Assembly (NCBI GenBank): GCA_964057225.1
Contig: OZ059894.1
Span: 4,030,001 to 4,094,000, forward strand
DNA from: Auanema rhodensis
Lineage: Eukaryota > Animalia > Nematoda
DNA length: 64,000 bases
Reading direction: 5' to 3'
Shown here: in pieces, positions 55,301 to 64,000 of the stretch
Layout: each line of letters opens with the position of its first letter
Position numbering within the stretch: position 1 is the first letter of the stretch
Notes under the pieces: model-generated
What the model saw: only the letters and a program-made list of their open reading frames with translations
Told to the model about the DNA's origin: nothing
Database searches by the model: none
Program-made: the position numbers and the translations under genes

Positions 55301-58300
55301 CATTCGATCCGGATTTTTAAGCTGCGTCGATCTGTGTTATCAGATTTGCGCTAGCTTAAAAATGCACCGAGATATCAACTGATATAAGTTCACACTTATA
55401 TCCTCGATTTTCACCCTGAAGAATTAATTTTTTCGTTGAATAACATTGTCCATCGTCTTTGCCTTGAAAAAAGGAATCTGAAAACATCTACTTTTTGCTA
55501 AATTATTTTGAAATTTTTCGAAAAAATTTTTGTCAAAATGTTTTTGGAAGCAATGTTGAGTGTACATGGAAACTCAACATACACTAATGCATCATTTTTC
55601 AAACGATCATAACTAATTTTTGTATTAAGCTTTTCTCAATGTAGTATAGTGCATTCGATGCGGATTTTTAAGCTGCGTCGATCTGTGTTATCAGATTTGC
55701 GCTAGCTTAAAAATGCACCGAGATATCAACTGATATAAGTTCACACTTATATCCTCGATTTTCACCCTGAAGAATTAATTTTTTCGTTGAATAACATCGT
55801 CCATCGTCTTTGCCTTGAAAAATGGAATCTAAAAACATCTACTTTTTGCTAAATTATTTTGAAATTTTTCGAAAAAATTTTTGTCAAAATGTTTTTGGAA
55901 GCAATGTTGAGTGTACATGGAAACTCAACATACACTAATGCATCATTTTTCAAACGATCATAACTAATTTTTGTATCAAGCGTTTCTTAATGTAGTATAG
56001 TGCATTCGATGCAGATTTTTAAGCTGCGTCGATCTGTGTTATCAGATTTGCGCTAGCTTAAAAATGCACCGAGATATCAACTGATATAAGTTCACACTTA
56101 TATCCTCGATTTTCACCCTGAAGAATTAATTTTTTCGTTGAATAACATCGTCCATCGTCTTTGCCTTGAAAAATGGAATCTAAAAACATCTACTTTTTGC
56201 TAAATTATTTTGAAATTTTTCGAAAAAATTTTTGTCAAAATGTTTTTGGAAGCAATGTTGAGTGTACATGGAAACTCAACATACACTAATGCATCATTTT
56301 TCAAACGATCATAACTAATTTTTGTATCAAGCGTTTCTTAATGTAGTATAGTGCATTCGATGCGGATTTTTAAGCTGCGTCGATCTGTGTTATCAGATTT
56401 GCGCTAGCTTAAAAATGCACCGAGATATCAACTGATATAAGTTCACACTTATATCCTCGATTTTCACCCTGAAGAATTAATTTTTTCGTTGAATAACATT
56501 GTCCATCGTCTTTGCCTTGAAAAATGAAATCTAAAAACATCTACTTTTTGCTAAATTATTTTGAAATTTTTCGAAAAAATTTTTGTCAAAATGTTTTTGG
56601 AAGCAATGTTGAGTGTACATGGAAACTCAACATACACTAATGCATCATTTTTCAAACGATCATAACTAATTTTTGTATCAAGCGTTTCTTAATGTAGTAT
56701 AGTGCATTCGATGCGGATTTTTAAGCTGCGTCGATCTGTGTTATCAGATTTGCGCTAGCTTAAAAATGCACCGAGATATCAACTGATATAAGTTCACACT
56801 TATATCCTCGATTTTCTACCTGAAGAATTAATTTTTTCGTTGAATAACATTGTCCATCGTCTTTGCCTTAAAAAATGGAATCTAAAAACATCTACTTTTT
56901 GCTAAATTATTTTGAAATTTTTCGAAAAAATTTTTGTCAAAATGTTTTTGGAAGCAATGTTGAGTGTACATGGAAACTCAACATACACTAATGCATCATT
57001 TTTCAAACGATCATAACTAATTTTTGTATTAAGCTTTTCTCAATGTAGTATAGTGCATTCGATCCGGATTTTTAAGCTGCGTCGATCTGTGTTATCAGAT
57101 TTGCGCTAGCTTAAAAATGCACCGAGATATCGACTGATATAAGTTCACACTTATATCCTCGATTTTCACCCTGAAGAATTAATTTTTTCGTTGAATAACA
57201 TTGTCCATCGTCTTTGCCTTGAAAAAAGGAATCTGAAAACATCTACTTTTTGCTAAATTATTTTGAAATTTTTCGAAAAAATTTTTGTCAAAATGTTTTT
57301 GGAAGCAATGTTGAGTGTACATGGAAACTCAACATACACTAATGCATCATTTTTCAAACGATCATAACTAATTTTTGTATTAAGCTTTTCTCAATGTAGT
57401 ATAGTGCATTCGATGCGGATTTTTAAGCTGCGTCGATCTGTGTTATCAGATTTGCGCTAGCTTAAAAATGCACCGAGATATCAACTGATATAAGTTCACA
57501 CTTATATCCTCGATTTTCACCCTGAAGAATTAATTTTTTCGTTGAATAACATCGTCCATCGTCTTTGCCTTGAAAAATGGAATCTAAAAACATCTACTTT
57601 TTGCTAAATTATTTTGAAATTTTTCGAAAAAATTTTTGTCAAAATGTTTTTGGAAGCAATGTTGAGTGTACATGGAAACTCAACATACACTAATGCATCA
57701 TTTTTCAAACGATCATAACTAATTTTTGTATCAAGCGTTTCTTAATGTAGTATAGTGCATTCGATGCAGATTTTTAAGCTGCGTCGATCTGTGTTATCAG
57801 ATTTGCGCTAGCTTAAAAATGCACCGAGATATCAACTGATATAAGTTCACACTTATATCCTCGATTTTCTACCTGAAGAATTAATTTTTTCGTTGAATAA
57901 CATTGTCCATCGTCTTTGCCTTAAAAAATGGAATCTAAAAACATCTACTTTTTGCTAAATTATTTTGAAATTTTTCGAAAAAATTTTTGTCAAAATGTTT
58001 TTGGAAGCAATGTTGAGTGTACATGGAAACTCAACATACACTAATGCATCATTTTTCAAACGATCATAACTAATTTTTGTATTAAGCTTTTCTCAATGTA
58101 GTATAGTGCATTCGATCCGGATTTTTAAGCTGCGTCGATCTGTGTTATCAGATTTGCGCTAGCTTAAAAATGCACCGAGATATCAACTGATATAAGTTCA
58201 CACTTATATCCTCGATTTTCACCCTGAAGAATTAATTTTTTCGTTGAATAACATTGTCCATCGTCTTTGCCTTGAAAAAAGGAATCTGAAAACATCTACT

Positions 58301-58960
58301 TTTTGCTAAATTATTTTGAAATTTTTCGAAAAAATTTTTGTCAAAATGTTTTTGGAAGCAATGTTGAGTGTACATGGAAACTCAACATACACTAATGCAT
58401 CATTTTTCAAACGATCATAACTAATTTTTGTATTAAGCTTTTCTCAATGTAGTATAGTGCATTCGATGCGGATTTTTAAGCTGCGTCGATCTGTGTTATC
58501 AGATTTGCGCTAGCTTAAAAATGCACCGAGATATCAACTGATATAAGTTCACACTTATATCCTCGATTTTCACCCTGAAGAATTAATTTTTTCGTTGAAT
58601 AACATCGTCCATCGTCTTTGCCTTGAAAAATGGAATCTAAAAACATCTACTTTTTGCTAAATTATTTTGAAATTTTTCGAAAAAATTTTTGTCAAAATGT
58701 TTTTGGAAGCAATGTTGAGTGTACATGGAAACTCAACATACACTAATGCATCATTTTTCAAACGATCATAACTAATTTTTGTATTAAGCGTTTCTCAATG
58801 TAGTATAGTGCATTCGATGCGGATTTTTAAGCTGCGTCGATCTGTGTTATCAGATTTGCGCTAGCTTAAAAATGCACCGAGATATCAACTGATATAAGTT
58901 CACACTTATATCCTCGATTTTCACCCTGAAGAATTAATTTTTTCGTTGAATAACATCGTC
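46330..58960. repeat. Domain dominated by a 3-monomer (1053-bp) unit with interruptions
   Basis: AATCTGAAAA monomers at 46681, 48436, 49489, 53349, 54402, 55455, 57210, 58263 (spacings mostly 1053 or 1755), each preceded by a CTTAAAAAATGG/GATCCGG monomer. Confidence 0.8.
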
Positions 58961-59629
58961 CATCGTCTTTGCCTTGAAAAATGGAATCTAAAAACATCTA
59001 CTTTTTGCTAAATTATTTTGAAATTTTTCGAAAAAATTTTTGTCAAAATGTTTTTGGAAGCAATGTTGAGTGTACATGGAAACTCAACATACACTAATGC
59101 ATCATTTTTCAAACGATCATAACTAATTTTTGTATTAAGCGTTTCTCAATGTAGTATAGTGCATTCGATGCGGATTTTTAAGCTGCGTCGATCTGTGTTA
59201 TCAGATTTGCGCTAGCTTAAAAATGCACCGAGATATCAACTGATATAAGTTCACACTTATATCCTCGATTTTCACCCTGAAGAATTAATTTTTTCGTTGA
59301 ATAACATTGTCCACCGTCTTTGCCTTGAAAAATGAAATCTAAAAACATCTACTTTTTGCTAAATTATTTTGAAATTTTTCGAAAAAATTTTTGTCAAAAT
59401 GTTTTTGGAAGCAATGTTGAGTGTACATGGAAACTCAACATACACTAATGCATCATTTTTCAAACGATCATAACTAATTTTTGTATTAAGCGTTTCTCAA
59501 TGTAGTATAGTGCATTCGATGCGGATTTTTAAGCTGCGTCGATCTGTGTTATCAGATTTGCGCTAGCTTAAAAATGCACCGAGATATCAACTGATATAAG
59601 TTCACACTTATATCCTCGATTTTCACCCT

Positions 59630-62600
59630 GAAGAAATAATTTTTTCGTTGAATAACATTGTCCATCGTCTTTGCCTTGAAAAAAGGAATCTAAAAACATC
59701 TACTTTTTGCTAAATTATTTTGAAATTTTTCGAAAAAATTTTTGTCAAAATGTTTTTGGAAGCAATGTTGAGTGTACATGGAAACTCAACATACACTAAT
59801 GCATCATTTTTCAAACGATCATAACTAATTTTTGTATCAAGTGTTTCTCAATGTAATATAGTGCATTCGATGCGGATTTTTAAGCTGCGTCGATCTGTGT
59901 TATCAGATTTGCGCTAGCTTAAAAATGCACTGAGATATCAACTGATATAAGTTCACACTTATATCCTCGATTTTCACCCTGAAGAATTAATTTTTTCGTT
60001 GAATAACATTGTCCATCGTCTTTGCCTTGAAAAATGGAATCTAAAAACATCTACTTTTTGCTAAATTATTTTGAAATTTTTCGAAAAAATTTTTGTCAAA
60101 ATGTTTTTGGAAGCAATGTTGAGTGTACATGGAAACTCAACATACACTAATGCATCATTTTTCAAACGATCATAACTAAATTTTGTATTAAGCGTTTCTC
60201 AATGTAGTATAGTGCATTCGATGCGGATTTTTAAGCTGCGTCGATCTGTGTTATCAGATTTGCGCTAGCTTAAAAATGCACCGAGATATCAACTGATATA
60301 AGTTCACACTTATATCCTCGATTTTCACCCTGAAGAATTAATTTTTTCGTTGAATAACATTGTCCATCGTCTTTGCCTTGAAAAATGAAATCTAAAAACA
60401 TCTACTTTTTGCTAAATTATTTTGAAATTTTTCGAAAAAATTTTTGTCAAAATGTTTTTGGAAGCAATGTTGAGTGTACATGGAAACTCAACATACACTA
60501 ATGCATCATTTTTCAAACGATCATAACTAATTTTTGTATTAAGCGTTTCTCAATGTAGTATAGTGCATTCGATGCGGATTTTTAAGCTGCGTCGATCTGT
60601 GTTATCAGATTTGCGCTAGCTTAAAAATGCACCGAGATATCAACTGATATAAGTTCACACTTACATCCTCGATTTTCACCCTGAAGAATTAATTTTTTCG
60701 TTGAATAACATTGTCCATCGTCTTTGCCTTGAAAAATGGAATCTAAAAACATCTACTTTTTGCTGAATTATCTTGAAATTTTTCGAAAAAATTTTTGTCA
60801 AAATGTTTTTGGAAGCAATGTTGAGTGTACATGGAAACTCAACTTACACTAATGCATCATTTTTCAAACGATCATAACTAATTTTTGTATTAAGCGTTTC
60901 TCAATGTAGTATAGTGCATTCGATGCGGATGTTCAAGCTGCGTCGATCTGTGTTATCAGATTTGCGCTAGCTTAAAAATGCACCGAGATATCAACTTTTA
61001 TAAGTTCACACTTATATCCTCGATTTTCACCCTGAAGAATTTATTTTTTCGTTGAATAACATTGTCCATCGTCTTTGCCTTGAAAAATGGAATCTAAAAA
61101 CATCTACTTTTTGCTGAATTATTTTGAAATTTTTCGAAAAAATTTTTGTCAAAATGTTTTTGGAAGCAATGTTGAGTGTACATGGAAACTCAACATACAC
61201 TAATGCATCATTTTTCAAACGATCATAACTAATTTTTGTATCAAGTGTTTCTCAATGTAGTATAGTGCATTCGATGCGGATTTTTAAGCTGCGTCGATCT
61301 GTGTTATCAGATTTGCGCTAGCTTAAAAATGCACCGAGATATCAACTGATATAAGTTCACACTTATATCCTCGATTTTCACCCTGAAGAATTAATTTTTT
61401 CGTTGAATAACATTGTCCATCGTCTTTGCCTTGAAAAATGGAATCTAAAAACATCTACTTTTTGCTGAATTATCTTGAAATTTTTCGAAAAAATTTTTGT
61501 CAAAATGTTTTTGGAAGCAATGTTGAGTGTACATGGAAACTCAACATACACTAATGCATCATTTTTCAAACGATCATAACTAATTTTTGTATCAAGTGTT
61601 TCTCAATGTAATATAGTGCATTCGATGCGGATTTTTAAGCTGCGTCGATCTGTGTTATCAGATTTGCGCTAGCTTAAAAATGCACCGAGATATCAACTGA
61701 TATAAGTTCACACTTATATCCTCGATTTTCACCCTGAAGAATTAATTTTTTCGTTGAATAACATTGTCCATCGTCTTTGCCTTGAAAAATGGAATCTAAA
61801 AACATCTACTTTTTGCTAAATTATTTTGAAATTTTTCGAAAAAATTTTTGTCAAAATGTTTTTGGAAGCAATGTTGAGTGTACATGGAAACTCAACATAC
61901 ACTAATGCATCATTTTTCAAACGATCATAACTAATTTTTGTATTAAGCGTTTCTCAATGTAGTATAGTGCATTCGATGCGGATTTTTAAGCTGCGTCGAT
62001 CTGTGTTATCAGATTTGCGCTAGCTTAAAAATGCACCGAGATATCAACTGATATAAGTTCACACTTATATCCTCGATTTTCACCCTGAAGAAATAATTTT
62101 TTCGTTGAATAACATTGTCCATCGTCTTTGCCTTGAAAAAAGGAATCTAAAAACATCTACTTTTTGCTAAATTATTTTGAAATTTTTCGAAAAAATTTTT
62201 GTCAAAATGTTTTTGGAAGCAATGTTGAGTGTACATGGAAACTCAACATACACTAATGCATCATTTTTCAAACGATCATAACTAATTTTTGTATCAAGTG
62301 TTTCTCAATGTAATATAGTGCATTCGATGCGGATTTTTAAGCTGCGTCGATCTGTGTTATCAGATTTGCGCTAGCTTAAAAATGCACTGAGATATCAACT
62401 GATATAAGTTCACACTTATATCCTCGATTTTCACCCTGAAGAATTAATTTTTTCGTTGAATAACATTGTCCATCGTCTTTGCCTTGAAAAATGGAATCTA
62501 AAAACATCTACTTTTTGCTAAATTATTTTGAAATTTTTCGAAAAAATTTTTGTCAAAATGTTTTTGGAAGCAATGTTGAGTGTACATGGAAACTCAACAT

Positions 62601-64000
62601 ACACTAATGCATCATTTTTCAAACGATCATAACTAAATTTTGTATTAAGCGTTTCTCAATGTAGTATAGTGCATTCGATGCGGATTTTTAAGCTGCGTCG
62701 ATCTGTGTTATCAGATTTGCGCTAGCTTAAAAATGCACCGAGATATCAACTGATATAAGTTCACACTTATATCCTCGATGTTCACCCTGAAGAATTAATT
62801 TTTTCGTTGAATAACATTGTCCATCGTCTTTGCCTTGAAAAATGAAATTTAAAAACATCTACTTTTTGCTAAATTATTTTGAAATTTTTCGAAAAAATTT
62901 TTGTCAAAATGTTTTTGGAAGCAATGTTGAGTGTACATGGAAACTCAACATACACTAATGCATCATTTTTCAAACGATCATAACTAATTTTTGTATTAAG
63001 CGTTTCTCAATGTAGTATAGTGCATTCGATGCGGATTTTTAAGCTGCGTCGATCTGTGTTATCAGATTTGCGCTAGCTTAAAAATGCACCGAGATATCAA
63101 CTGATATAAGTTCACACTTACATCCTCGATTTTCACCCTGAAGAATTAATTTTTTCGTTGAATAACATTGTCCATCGTCTTTGCCTTGAAAAATGGAATC
63201 TAAAAACATCTACTTTTTGCTGAATTATCTTGAAATTTTTCGAAAAAATTTTTGTCAAAATGTTTTTGGAAGCAATGTTGAGTGTACATGGAAACTCAAC
63301 TTACACTAATGCATCATTTTTCAAACGATCATAACTAATTTTTGTATTAAGCGTTTCTCAATGTAGTATAGTGCATTCGATGCGGATGTTCAAGCTGCGT
63401 CGATCTGTGTTATCAGATTTGCGCTAGCTTAAAAATGCACCGAGATATCAACTTTTATAAGTTCACACTTATATCCTCGATTTTCACCCTGAAGAATTTA
63501 TTTTTTCGTTGAATAACATTGTCCATCGTCTTTGCCTTGAAAAATGGAATCTAAAAACATCTACTTTTTGCTGAATTATTTTGAAATTTTTCGAAAAAAT
63601 TTTTGTCAAAATGTTTTTGGAAGCAATGTTGAGTGTACATGGAAACTCAACATACACTAATGCATCATTTTTCAAACGATCATAACTAATTTTTGTATCA
63701 AGTGTTTCTCAATGTAGTATAGTGCATTCGATGCGGATTTTTAAGCTGCGTCGATCTGTGTTATCAGATTTGCGCTAGCTTAAAAATGCACCGAGATATC
63801 AACTGATATAAGTTCACACTTATATCCTCGATTTTCACCCTGAAGAATTAATTTTTTCGTTGAATAACATTGTCCATCGTCTTTGCCTTGAAAAATGGAA
63901 TCTAAAAACATCTACTTTTTGCTGAATTATCTTGAAATTTTTCGAAAAAATTTTTGTCAAAATGTTTTTGGAAGCAATGTTGAGTGTACATGGAAACTCA
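59630..64000. repeat. 7-monomer (2457-bp) higher-order tandem duplication, second copy cut by the window end
   Basis: Variants recur at +2457: GAAATAAT 59636/62093; GCACTGAG 59931/62388; ACTAAATT 60180/62637; TTACATCC 60664/63121; divergent monomer 60720/63177; ORFs 61027/63484. Confidence 0.92.

Larger units (their letters stand above)
1..64000. repeat. Satellite DNA array: 351-bp monomer, 182 full copies plus a partial copy, head-to-tail, highly homogeneous
   Basis: GTCTTTGCCT recurs at 1, 352, 703, ... 2107, then 2453 (after a 5-bp deletion), ... 30533, 30885 (+1), ... 34746, 35098 (+1), ... 51244, 51594 (-1), ... 63528, 63879. (63878+4)/351 = 182 exactly. No non-repeat sequence or inversion seen. 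Confidence 0.99.

Noticed and set aside
24171-63675. Eight 63-aa minus-strand ORFs as real CDS features
   Set aside because: They are satellite sequence opened by one stop-loss variant, start at TTG, show no recognisable domain, and the frame is closed in most monomers. Kept only as a low-interest finding.
1-64000. CRISPR array or repeat-spacer/cassette system
   Set aside because: There are no unique spacers: the entire 351-bp unit repeats with point variants only, and no cas, integrase or reverse transcriptase gene is present.
1-64000. Array as a sequencing concatemer or pure assembly artefact
   Set aside because: Variants form linked, position-structured haplotypes recurring at exact monomer multiples, and even a homopolymer insertion is shared by both 12-mer copies. 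Random read error would not do this, although individual block duplications still need read support.
1-64000. Assignment to a named satellite family or species
   Set aside because: Unit length and AT content resemble several insect satellites, but I cannot confirm sequence identity without a database search.

Overview
The whole 64-kb window is one uninterrupted, head-to-tail, single-orientation tandem array of a 351-bp AT-rich monomer (about 68% A+T by hand count of monomer 1). With the unit phased arbitrarily at position 1 (GTCTTTGCC...GTCCATC), there are 182 complete monomers plus a 122-bp partial copy (63879-64000). Both array ends lie outside the window. Monomers usually differ by only a few substitutions, and I found only four length changes (-5, +1, +1, -1 bp). 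This is typical eukaryotic satellite DNA, plausibly (peri)centromeric heterochromatin; I cannot assign it to a named family. I see no credible protein-coding gene, RNA gene, transposon insertion or CRISPR array. The eight identical 63-aa ORFs come from one A>G variant that removes a stop codon in some monomers. The information in the window lies in (i) four dyad symmetries inside each monomer, (ii) a hypervariable segment at monomer positions ~161-206 that types the monomers, and (iii) a patchwork of local higher-order duplications (2-, 3-, 5-, 6-, 7- and 12-mer periods, plus 19- and 25-monomer offsets), with chimeric junction monomers and a possibly layered domain structure. All variant tracking was done by eye and should be confirmed by alignment.
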